In this document: positions 1-10,408 of the stretch, one piece after another
Position numbering within the stretch: position 1 is the stretch's first letter
Layout of the letters: each line of letters opens with the position of its first letter
Assembly (NCBI RefSeq): GCF_000315625.1
Contig: NW_005434610.1
Coordinates: forward strand, 74,790-138,789
DNA from: Guillardia theta CCMP2712
Taxonomy: Eukaryota; Protista; Cryptophyta
Reading direction: 5' to 3'
Length of the DNA stretch: 64,000 nt
Position numbers and translations under genes: made by a program
Notes under the pieces: generated by a model
The model's input: the letters and a program-made list of their open reading frames with translations, nothing else
Databases searched by the model: none
Told to the model about the DNA's origin: nothing

Positions 1-490
1 TTCCTCCTCTCTCCCATCCCCCTTGACCGGTTGTTTCCTCCCCTCCTCTTTCCCTCCTCCAACCTTGAGGAAAAGTTGTTGTGTCTCGAGACTTGACTCG
101 GATGACAAAACTTGCAACACAGATTCCTACGGAAATCACCCGATGATCGTCAAAGAAGAACCCAACGATATCCTCTCGTCCTCCTCCTCCTCTTGCTCCT
201 TCTCCTGCAGTCCCCTCCCCCCCTCCCCCCCTTCCTTCCTCCTCCTTCTCCTTCTCCTCCTTCTGCGCTTTCTTCCTTCCCACCTTGAAATGATCTGAGA
301 GCAGGCTGGGAGGATTGGGCCGCAGAGACTTGACAGACTTTACACAAACGTCAGAGAGCCCAGCACGCAGTCCAGCTGACAAGGGGGAAGGACCTTGAGG
401 TTGTGGAAGGTGAGAAACAGAAGCCCAGCAGTCGGGATGTTCCAGTCATCCTCTGCGGCCACTGGTGATGACAATCGAGGAGGAGCAGGG

Positions 491-525
<35 letters not shown>

Positions 526-3140
526 GGTAGGTTGGGGGGGCGAGGACAAGGACGAGGAGCAGGAGGAGGATGAGGAGGAGACCAGCCATCTCAGTCGCAA
601 ATTTGACTGAGAAAGGTTTGCCGTCAAGCTTGCAGTCTTCGATCTGACCTGCCCAGAAGGTGTCAAAAGTAAAAGCTCTTCCTTTTTGCTGCTGCTGCTG
701 CTGCTCCTCCTCCCCCTCCTCCTCCTTACCATCTCCTTGTATTGAGAGTCTCAGAAGTCCTCGCAACACCGTGCGGGCGTAACTGCAGCAGCTGGGTGAG
801 AGCTGAGCACCTCTTGAAAGACTAACCTGAGCTCGAGATCCAACGAGTACTTGCCAGCAGGCTCAGACGGGTCGAACGCATCTTCCCAGCTCGGTCAGAG
901 GAGTGGAGGAGAGTCCAGCTGGGTCCTTACGGGCGTCTACTCGTGTGATCCCACAGTCGTTAAGGAAGATTTGACGCTTCAGTCCGAACCTTTCTCCGCT
1001 GATCCCAAGGGTGTCAAACGGTATAACAGGCACTTGTCAAACGCGGTCCTGACCTCGAGGCCGTGGCTGACCAGATGGACCGCGACCCCGACTGGGCGAT
1101 CGGGTTGCCGTTCAAGCTGCAGCAGCTGTCAAGTTGAGGGTGCTTGAGGGAGGGGAAGGGTCACGAGAGGATCTTGACGCAGGAGCAGAGCTCGAGGCCC
1201 TGGAGCAGGCGGAGCAAGGACGGACGGTTGACGTGCAGGTCAGCAAGGGGAGGGCGATTCGTTCATTTTCTCACCTCTGCAAGCATTACGCCCCCTTCGG
1301 ACGAGATTCTGTTATGGCTGAGGTCAAGCTCGTCAAGAGCTTTCGTTCGCTTCAGCCAGTGACTGTTCGACACGCGTCAAGTCAAGGCCTCGCAAGAGAG
1401 GGCGAGACCTCAGGTACAAGATGGTAGCTGGTGCCACGTTGCCCTGAGGGTGAACTTGAAAGACGTTCTTGTCCTGCGACGCATCGCTCCTCGGTGTATC
1501 GATTGCTGCAAGAAACGTCCCCTTCAGGTTGACTCCTCTCTTCTCGACTCGCAGTCACCTTTTGCAAGTGCCTCTGACCCTCCGAGTCCATTCCAGGAAG
1601 CGTTCAGCTGCTTCAACGTTGTGTTGTTTGACAAGCTGCGAACGAATTCTCCCGCCCACGCCCCTCGTATCGAGTTCCAGCTGATGTCTGCACGAACCTT
1701 CAGCCATAAACAAGTGACCGAAAGAAAAGCGTCAAACCGAGCGAGACAATCTTGCTGCTCAACTTGGCGTCATCAAAGAAACTAGTCAAAACTTTACAAG
1801 AGCTCCGACCGACCTCGTTGCTTGAGATGTTCAGTCGTTCCACTTTGCACTCACTGCTGAGAAGCCCCTTCAGCATCCGCGCCGTCGCTTCATCTCCCAT
1901 CTTGTTCTTAGCGACCGACAAGTCCTCTACTTTTCCCGCCGCCATCAGCATTTCGAGCGCCTCTGCTCCTCCCCTTCCTATCCTGTTCTGATCCAAGTTC
2001 AGCAGCTGGATCCCTGCTGAGGTTGATAGCAGCGCGTCCACCAGATCTCTGCAGCCCCTGTCGCAGATCCGGTTGTCCTTGAGCACCATGGACTTGAGCC
2101 CGGCCAGCTGAGGCACAATCACCGCTACTCCAGCTATGGCAGCACAGTCGATCCTCGAGTGAGAACCGTCGACGTGGCCCGAGGAAGGGTCTCGGAGGAT
2201 GGACCGCAGGGTTGGGATCTTCCGTTCTTGACAGACCTTCATGTACTGAATCGCCACAGGCCTCTGGCCAGCATCTTCGAGGACGGAGTTGCTAGTCACC
2301 AGGGACAGGTCGACCTGGCCCTCATCGAGCGACGGGCTCTCGTATGCCCCCCGGGCCAACCTCTCCGCCTGCGATGGAGCACGAGATGGCAGAGCATCTG
2401 AGGCCTCAAGCTCAACCTCATCCTTTTCTGATGGCAGTGACGGGGTTCGCTCGCTGTTGTCACTCTCGATGTTGTCGGTGATGTTGATGTTGGTCTTGCT
2501 GTAAAGCTTTCGCTGCTGAGCGCGAATGGACATGTTGGTCTTCACATGGTCGATGAAGTTTTCAATCCCATCAACGCTTCGCTCTGGGTACATAAATAAC
2601 GTTAGGAAACTAAACAGACGACAGGAACTTCAAACATGGTACTGATCTACACATTTGAAGCATTCTACAATGCAGTCACTGAATTACAGAAGACGACTGA
2701 AGGTAGCAAGAATGTCATCGCTTCACCTTCAGGATCGGCATATCGATCAAAGATTTCACTGATCACATTGGGGTCAACCGCCTCTGCATGCCTTGGTGAT
2801 TGGTCAGGGGAAATCACCTGAAGTGCAAGGAAGCATGAGACTCCTCCTCCTCCTCCTCCTCCTCCTCCTCCTCCTCCTCCTCCTCACCATTCTCTCTGGC
2901 AGAGGTTTGCTTCTCGATCGCATCAACATGCCTCTCTTTATCTATGACCTCTCTCTGCTGTTGTGTTCAAAAAAAAGTCAAATGACGCACAACCAGGAAA
3001 ACCAAAACAATCACCGCTTGTTGTGCCCCCAATTCAACTTAAACTCAGGTGATCAAGAGATCAAGATCGTGTTACACATCACTCGCTCGCTCGCTCGCTC
3101 GCTCCTGCTTCGCCTCCTCCTGTTCACGACTCGTGACATG
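1..3140 (-). CDS. Multi-exon leucine-rich repeat (RNI-like) protein; 3' end runs off the window, 5' end approximate
   Basis: ORF 1700-2593 has RNI-type LRRs (LVLKDNRICDRG, LNLDQNRIGRGG, LSVAKNKMGDEA, LNISSNEVG). Downstream spliced exons continue them (DISWNSIRG, LNASWNGLGG, LDLSHNRISSEG, SLNGNPIAQSG), followed by AFDPSEPAGKYSLDL and WNIPTAGLLFLTF. Confidence 0.75.
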
Positions 3141-3312
3141 CTGCAGTACCAACTGCCATGGACACTCAAGGAGCACCAGGCCTATCAGCTAGTAGGCAGC
3201 AACCAAATAGCTAATCAAGTTTTTATTGTTCATAGCACCTCATATTATCAATTTGAACCCTTTGATTGGCTTCAGAAGATGTCACCGAGTCACGCGTATC
3301 CTCGTTCTGCCC

Positions 3313-6288
3313 TCATGTAAGGCCAGTTGGCCCCTCCTGCCTCTCTTCCTCCCTCCTCTCCTCCTCCTCTTTGCCGTTGTGAGTTTCCGTACCCTTTAGA
3401 AGATTCTCGAACTCCTTCGAGCAGCATATGGTTCCAGGCTTCGCCTTCTTCTGCATCTCGAGTGCCTCATTCATCGCGTCTCCTAGCGCATGGAACCTCG
3501 GCTGCAGCTTCCCCATCGTCCCCGCCACACAAATTCCTGCTGCGATCCCGATGCGACATGCGATCTGCTTCCCGTCCTTGCTCCTGGTCCTATCAATGAT
3601 CGCCAGCATCGACTCTGCTATGCCGTGCATCGTCCTACACAATTTCTTGTCCTCTCCGCCTTGCAGCCACCCAGCACAGATGTACTCGTCGCCGATGGTG
3701 TCGAGCTTGAAGATCCTGCTGTCAGCCAGGCACTGGTCGAACCTTCTGTACACATCATGGATCAGCTTCGCCACCTCCATCGGCTGCAGCCTCCCCGTCA
3801 GCTCCATGTAGTTGCACAGGTCCAGTCGGAGGACGGCAGCCTTCCTGTAGGATGAGGCGACCTGCCCTTGGCTGAGCGCCTCCTCCACTACGTCCCTGGG
3901 GAACAGGTCGTTGAGGACATGGAGAATTGCTTCATGCTCCATCTCGTTCCTGTGCTGAGACATCCACACGGAGCGCTCGGACTTGCGGTAGTCGATGAGG
4001 ACCCGGTAGCTGGCATATGCCCCAAAGGCGAGGATGAAGTACTCCCCTATGAAGACTCGGGGCAGCAGCAGATTTATCTGCACGATGACCATAGGATAAG
4101 TCACTATCATGACCCACCAGTACCATCGCGCAGGGACGTTAGTCTGCTGCAGGTTGATCCAACAGATAATGGGCCCCAACACAAGCAGCCAGCCCGTCGC
4201 TCGCGTCCACCACACGCTGTAGAACATGATGGCAAACTGGACGAGGTGACCGCAGACGTACAAGGCCTGCCATGTCCTGAAGCGCTTGACAGCCAACGAT
4301 TGATGGGCCCGGTGGTCAGTGTGCCGCAGCCTCCCGGCGACGACGAGGTAAACAAGGTAGGAGGAGAGAAGCAGGAATATGGCACAACCCAGCAAAATGG
4401 AAGGGACAACATGCTGCCGCAGGCTGCTGGCTTCCTTCTCATGGAAGAAAGAGAGCCGTGAGATGCGAAACAATATGATAGAGATGCTAACTGTGTAGCA
4501 GATGCTCCCCACCAAAGCCTGTCGCACGTGATCTGAGTAATGACTTATCAGAAAACTCTCCTCCAACGATGGGTCCAGGAACTTGAAGTCGACCTTGCAG
4601 ATACTTTCCTGCTGCTTCTCTGTGGACACAATCTCGTCGATCTCAAGCCAGGTGGAGATCGGGTCGTCTATCTTGATCACCTGACTCCCTTGCGGCGACT
4701 CAACTTGCATGTCTTGCACAGACGCTTTCCTCATCCCTGTGGAGGGGAAGATTCCTCTCCGAATGCTGCTGCTGCTGCTGCTGCTGCTGCTGTCCTCTAG
4801 CTCTATGAAGTAGGTTGTCATCGCTCCCTTCCCCTTGATGTGCATTTCGGGCCTGCTTACAGCTTTCATGCCCGCGTTCTCCTTCTCCAACCCCAGCTGC
4901 TTTAGGAACTCCTCCGTGCACAGAATCTTGTCCTTCTCCGAGTAGTGGCACATACGCGCGCTGGTGTTGATCGTATCCCCGAACAAGCAGTAGAACCTCC
5001 GATGCGCTCCCACGATCGCTCCTGCCAGCGGCCCGCACGCGATCCCTACTTTGACCCATAGCGGCTCCCCGCTGAGCGCCCGGAACTCCTGCACTTCCTC
5101 GATGATTCTGCTCGCAAGCGCCACCATCGCTCTCGAAGTGGTCTGCTTGTATCGAGCGGGACAATCAGGCGCATGGAAGGGGCGAGACGTCCTCGGACAG
5201 CAGATCACGTACGTATCCTGCACGTGGTGGTACTTGAAGTAACCGAACTCGTCCACGATCGTGTCAAGGCGGGTGAAGACGTTGTCGATGAGCTGGAAAG
5301 TTTCGAGGGTCGAGGGAGAGAAGAGCTCAGTCGCTGAGGGTGACAAGCTTACAAACATGACGGAGCAGTGCTCCATGTTGCCTGCAATCCATTGCTTGGC
5401 TTGTGACTTGAGGCGATGATGAAGAGGTTTAGGTATGAGGGTTCCAAGGAAGTCCCCCAGCTTGTCAGCTGCCGCGCGAAGCCTTCGCTCTTGCTCGTAC
5501 TCCCGCTTCGCAGATGCGTATCTTCTCCCGCAGATGAAGACGTTGGCAAGCAACATCTCTCCATGAAAAAGCGCTGTTGACATCCATGCGCTCGCCTCTA
5601 GCCCAGTGGCCACTCCAGTCACGGCGATGCTCACGATCTGCGTGAGGCATAGGATAAGGGTAGTGCTCCCCTTTGCTCCTGTTGAAAAGGGGATGAAGCA
5701 GCCGATTAGAGTGTAAGTTATTAGCGCACCCGGAGAGAAAACTCTCGCTGTGCATCCTGCGTCTTCACCGCCATGCTCTGTGGAAAAATTGAGCATAGTC
5801 AACCAGGGGTTCAGATCATGGCACTTCCATGTCCAAGGGAAGCTGTTTGTCCTGTCGATGGTCACGTTCACGTAGGGTGACACGTAGCCTATGCTTGAGG
5901 CCCGACAGATATCAGCTATCACTCGCCTCCAAACCTCGAAGTGGAACAGTATGGAGGTTGGTATCAGAATAAGAAGATCGTGGTTCAGGTAAGAAGGGAG
6001 CCAGTGATACTTGGATATTAATTGATGCACTCCGGCTGAGACCAGACACACGGCTGTTCCACACACGTACAACAGGTTCATGACGACCTTCGATTGACGA
6101 TCTTGAGCGCAGAGTTGGCTGAAGAACGATCCGATTCCAGCCATGGTATATACAAATGACGAGTTCAAGTAGATGGACCTTGAAGTCTTGCAGTAGACAA
6201 GGAGGTGATGTGTGTGGAAGTCACGAGACCATCGAGTTGTCGCTTCCTTCTCCCTCTCCCCGTCCCCAACCGTCTCGTGACCCGCCAT
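3313..6288 (-). CDS. Membrane class III nucleotidyl cyclase with two TM clusters and two catalytic domains (probable guanylyl cyclase)
   Basis: 991-aa ORF with hydrophobic segments. Domain 1 has KVGIACGPLAGAIVG..RFYCLFGDTINTSARM. Domain 2 has LRLDLCNY..FKLDTIGDEY..RIGIAAG..VAGTMGKLQPRFHALGDAMN. Confidence 0.9.
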   Translation of the reverse strand: MAGHETVGDGEREKEATTRWSRDFHTHHLLVYCKTSRSIYLNSSFVYTMAGIGSFFSQLCAQDRQSKVVMNLLYVCGTAVCLVSAGVHQLISKYHWLPSYLNHDLLILIPTSILFHFEVWRRVIADICRASSIGYVSPYVNVTIDRTNSFPWTWKCHDLNPWLTMLNFSTEHGGEDAGCTARVFSPGALITYTLIGCFIPFSTGAKGSTTLILCLTQIVSIAVTGVATGLEASAWMSTALFHGEMLLANVFICGRRYASAKREYEQERRLRAAADKLGDFLGTLIPKPLHHRLKSQAKQWIAGNMEHCSVMFVSLSPSATELFSPSTLETFQLIDNVFTRLDTIVDEFGYFKYHHVQDTYVICCPRTSRPFHAPDCPARYKQTTSRAMVALASRIIEEVQEFRALSGEPLWVKVGIACGPLAGAIVGAHRRFYCLFGDTINTSARMCHYSEKDKILCTEEFLKQLGLEKENAGMKAVSRPEMHIKGKGAMTTYFIELEDSSSSSSSSSIRRGIFPSTGMRKASVQDMQVESPQGSQVIKIDDPISTWLEIDEIVSTEKQQESICKVDFKFLDPSLEESFLISHYSDHVRQALVGSICYTVSISIILFRISRLSFFHEKEASSLRQHVVPSILLGCAIFLLLSSYLVYLVVAGRLRHTDHRAHQSLAVKRFRTWQALYVCGHLVQFAIMFYSVWWTRATGWLLVLGPIICWINLQQTNVPARWYWWVMIVTYPMVIVQINLLLPRVFIGEYFILAFGAYASYRVLIDYRKSERSVWMSQHRNEMEHEAILHVLNDLFPRDVVEEALSQGQVASSYRKAAVLRLDLCNYMELTGRLQPMEVAKLIHDVYRRFDQCLADSRIFKLDTIGDEYICAGWLQGGEDKKLCRTMHGIAESMLAIIDRTRSKDGKQIACRIGIAAGICVAGTMGKLQPRFHALGDAMNEALEMQKKAKPGTICCSKEFENLLKGTETHNGKEEEERREEERQEGPTGLT

Positions 6289-7042
6289 GAAAATAACTTG
6301 GTCGCTGTGATAAAACTGATTTTATTATGGGCTATCTCGAGGTTAACCGGTGCAGCTTCGGCCCGGCGGACTGCTTATCGTCCTCGTACTGATTTTTAAC
6401 TTAACTTTGAGTAAACTCGCCGAAGCTTATTCGGACCCGGCGGCGGGTTGGCCGCCCGGCCGCGCCGGGCCGCGCGGCGCCGCGCGGCGGCAGAAACTCG
6501 GGACGGATCACATGGACTCCTACATAACCGGCGTGTGAAACTCGGGGGGGAGGATGGATCGGTATGCTCCTCAATTCTCTTAGTACAAGTCTAACAAACG
6601 GAACTCGGAAGTTAGGTGTTCAAGGTTTTCAGTCGAGGCGGCAATCATCGGTAGCCTGACTGAGTACGTGTGATCGGACGAACTTAGGAGTCGGAGGCCC
6701 TTCAACTTGCCATAGCGGCGTCTTGCTACTAAGGTTCGCGCAGCTCTTTGGTCACGGCTCAACCCACTGGCCCACTGAGAAACCGTCGGAGCAGCTCGGC
6801 ACGTATCGTCCATCCCTCAGTGTCTTGACTTGGCAAGATCTTCAAGGCTTTCTTTGCTGGCTACGAGCGGAAGACGGTCACGGGTCACCGGCCCAGTGCC
6901 GCGCCGCGTGCCGCGCTAAGTTCACACACTGACACACGTGACACTGCCACGGTGACTCGGAACCGTCTAGTAACAAGCCAAAGTTTACCGTCCGAGGCGG
7001 GCCTCTTATACAGTCCGATCATCCGGGAGTCCGGGCGTGGCG

Positions 7043-8600
7043 ATGGCGTTCCTTTTCGGCTGCCTGGAGGACAGGAAGGCGAGGAAGCGCATGTCTCCTA
7101 CCGAGCCTTCTCCTCCTCTTCCTGCTTCTACTTCTGTTAGATGACTGGTTCGATGAAGCTCGGGCTCTAACTCTGGATCCAGGATGATGCGTTCAATAAC
7201 AAGGAACTGTCGCCATGCGAGGTAGGGAAGGAGTTATTATCCTCGCTCCTCACCGACAATCTGTCTCAGAATGATTCGCTGATCACCGATTCTACCAAGT
7301 ACTGGAAGTTTGAATACGATGATACTCATGTAGTGTTTGTACATACTGTCCTGAACATTGCCGTGGAGCTTGTTCGAAAAGGAAGCGGATGGTTTCATTG
7401 CAGAGACGGCAATCAAAGAGTGGTGAGAGTTGTGTTCGTGTGTTTGTTAACTCTTGTTGAGAACAAGACAGTATACGATATACCCCGAGGGAAAGATAGA
7501 TCATCCCAGAGTTCAAGTCTTTGATGCAGAGGTTTGTGCCAGCCTTGGAATTCTTTCCCTGATGGAAATTGGCAGTACATGATTGCATGCATCCATCGCG
7601 ACCAGGTGACATAGATCACACCACTCTTAACATAGGACGTGAGATCAACAGCTCGTGGTCACCTCTGAGCAGGAAGTCAAAGACATAGTCTCCGACAAAC
7701 AAGGAATTCACCTCTGCAACTGGCACATCCGGAGGAGCGAGTTCGGGCACATCATGATCACACACGCGCGGGAGAGGATGGAAGTGCTGGTTCTGATGTG
7801 CACAGGGTAAATGATGTGACCAGTCGTGGTGCGATGCGAGGCGATGCAGAATGATATGATATGATATGATATGATATGATATGATATGATATGAAGTGAT
7901 ATGAAGTGATATGAAGTGATTTGATATGAAGTGATATGATATGATGTGATATGATATGATATGATGTGATATGATATGATATGATGTGATATCATGATAC
8001 GCGATGCGACACTATCACTCCATGCAAATTTCTTGTGACTTTGTGTTTCAGGCTTTGTTTTGTCAGGTTTGTTGCATCAGGTGAAGGTCAACAACAGTAG
8101 TATTGATGGTGTTTACAGCGAGGGAGGCGGAGCGATCATAGTCGATGAGAATGGCCTGAGTCAGATCTCAAAGGATCAAGCAGAGCAGTTAGTTTGCAGA
8201 TGACATCGCTTTAAGATTCAATTTGATTACAAGGTACTGAGAATCGAAGTTTGTCGTGTACGGATAAACCTGCTGTCACATCCTCCGCCCTTTCATTGCT
8301 GGCCACTAGCAGGAGCATCCTTCTCAGCACCCTCAGCATCTCCTACTTCCTCCTGCTTCTCCTCAGCCTTGGCTGCACATGGCAAGAGTGTAAGTCACTG
8401 ATAAATCATGAGGCACTGACTAACGCTCTTGGATCTGGACCACAGGGATCTCCTTCTCTGTCATGCCCTTCCCGTAGCTGCTCTTCTCAAGATCCTGCAT
8501 CTCGACCGATCAATACTTCTGCCAGTGTAGCGGCCCCAGGATCCTCTGCTCACCTGCTTCAGCTTGTCGCAGATCTTCTTCTCCTCCCTCTCCTTCAGCG
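7043..8600 (+). CDS. Hypothetical multi-exon protein (boundaries approximate)
   Basis: ATG in MAFLFGCLEDRK followed by short exons flanked by GT-AG (YTIYPEGKIDHPRV, EVKDIVSDKQGIHLCNWHIRRSEFGH, VKVNNSSIDGVYSEGGG). No recognisable domain. Confidence 0.4.
7851..7994 (+). repeat. (ATATG)n pentanucleotide microsatellite with variants, intronic
   Basis: Direct reading of atgat/atgtg/aagtg units. Confidence 0.95.
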
Positions 8601-9620
8601 CAGACACCTGCACGTGTGTTCAGTGAGAACTTCCTCTTCATTTCCTTCTCTGCTTGTCTCTTAAAGATACCTGGGTGAAGCTGCCAGACATCATGGACTG
8701 GCGGTACACGCGGACAGTGTCGCCCTCCAGATCGATCTGATCTCATCTCAGCAGGAGAGAGATACAAGAAGACAGCAGTCACCTGAATCCAAGGGTCTTC
8801 GCTCCCCTTCCATACCAGCTTGACACCCCCGTCACTTGCAACAAGTCAGTCAAATTGATCAGTCAATTGAAGTGGCCATACGAAGTTTCGATCGCCACAG
8901 GGAGCATGAGCTTGGGGAGTCCAAACCCTGTGCATCCATTGAGACGGCAGGAGAGCATAGGGCAACTAGTCTGCTGACCATCCTTGGAGGTTCCTCTCGG
9001 CCACTTCTGGATGAAATCTCTCAGCTGAGACGCGTCAACCTGTGGAGCTCGTTCAACAGTTGCCCGCCGGCATGAGGATGCGGCACAACTCCTCACCTGG
9101 CTGAAGCGGATCTGCATGAGTTCTTTCGACGCCTTCGGCTTCTCTTTGTCGGGTCCCCATGGCCCTGCCTGTTGCATGCAACGTGAACAACGCTGTGACA
9201 ACCAAGCGATGGTACACCATGCGCAGCCCGACAGCCGCATGTCTGACTGACAGTGCGGGTCTGGGTGAGCATGTAGCAGGGGATCGCAGCTTGGCATGGG
9301 TGAGCGGGCTTGATCCCATCTGATGTGCAGCAAAGAAACAGAAAAAAAATCGTCACATTAAGCTGAGATGCAGCCTGGAGGAACCTGGAAGCCCAATGAC
9401 CAGGTGAGGCAGGATGAGGCGATCACGATCTTTAGAAGGGTTCTCATGATGATAGACCTGTAGGTTGCCAACAAGTAACTCAATGGGATTATGTATGGGG
9501 AACCACGGGTATCCGAGTAGCCCAGACTGACGTATCCTGGAAGCGAAAGAGGATCTTGCTAAATATGCTTCCCTCGAAGAAGTTCATCTCACGTCCACTT
9601 ACTCCAAGTATTTCTCATCA
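8600..9620 (-). CDS. Hypothetical multi-exon protein (boundaries approximate)
   Basis: Short coding-like exons between GT-AG introns (VYHHENPSKDRDRLIL, ERAPQVDASQLRDFIQKWPRG, QIDLEGDTVRVYRQSMMSG). Confidence 0.35.
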
Positions 9621-10408
9621 TCATTCATGTTCACTTCCTCATTCTCTTCTCCTCTCTCACCCAACTTCTTGTCGTCTTTTCCTTCTTTCCCCTCCCTCTC
9701 CCCTGCATATCAGCCTCGCGATCCGGCTCATACCCCTTACAAAGACTACCCCGCCCTAATATTTTGAACGTACCGTTCATATTATTAGTAGCAGGTAGTC
9801 TTGGTACCCCTACATACTACCATACAATTTTGTCATTCTGAGTCTCCTTGAGACACCCCTACCTACCATTATACTACCCCCACCCCTTGGGCGTACCCCA
9901 CCCGATCTCTTTCAGGCACATTGCACCGTCACCAATCGAATCGAATTGAACCTTCAATTTTCATTGGTTAAATCAAAGTAAACCAGGCCCGCCCCGGCCA
10001 CTGCACTTCCGCATGTGATGAACAATTACTCAACACAAAATCGGCAAAAATTCAAATTTGGGTAGTGTAAACTTCAAATAAAAGGGAAGAATTTAGAAAT
10101 CATAATTGATGTAACGGCTTCCAACGGTCGTGACGAGCGGCATGGCGGGGTGAGCGCTGTGGAGGCGAAAAGAGGAGGAGAAGAGGAGGAGAAGAGGAGC
10201 AGCAGACAGCAGCTGGTGTGATCAACCTTGACAAGAAACTCTCGGGAGAGACAAGCGCTCCTTGCTGTGTTTAGAAATACCCTTCCTCCTGTTGGAACAA
10301 CCCACCGAGCGGGCAATAGCTGATTCTTCCGACCTTGCTGAAGCAGCCCCTAGTTAGAGAAGCGTGGACCCACCTCCTCTCCCGAACGGGCCTTTTCCTA
10401 CCTCGACG

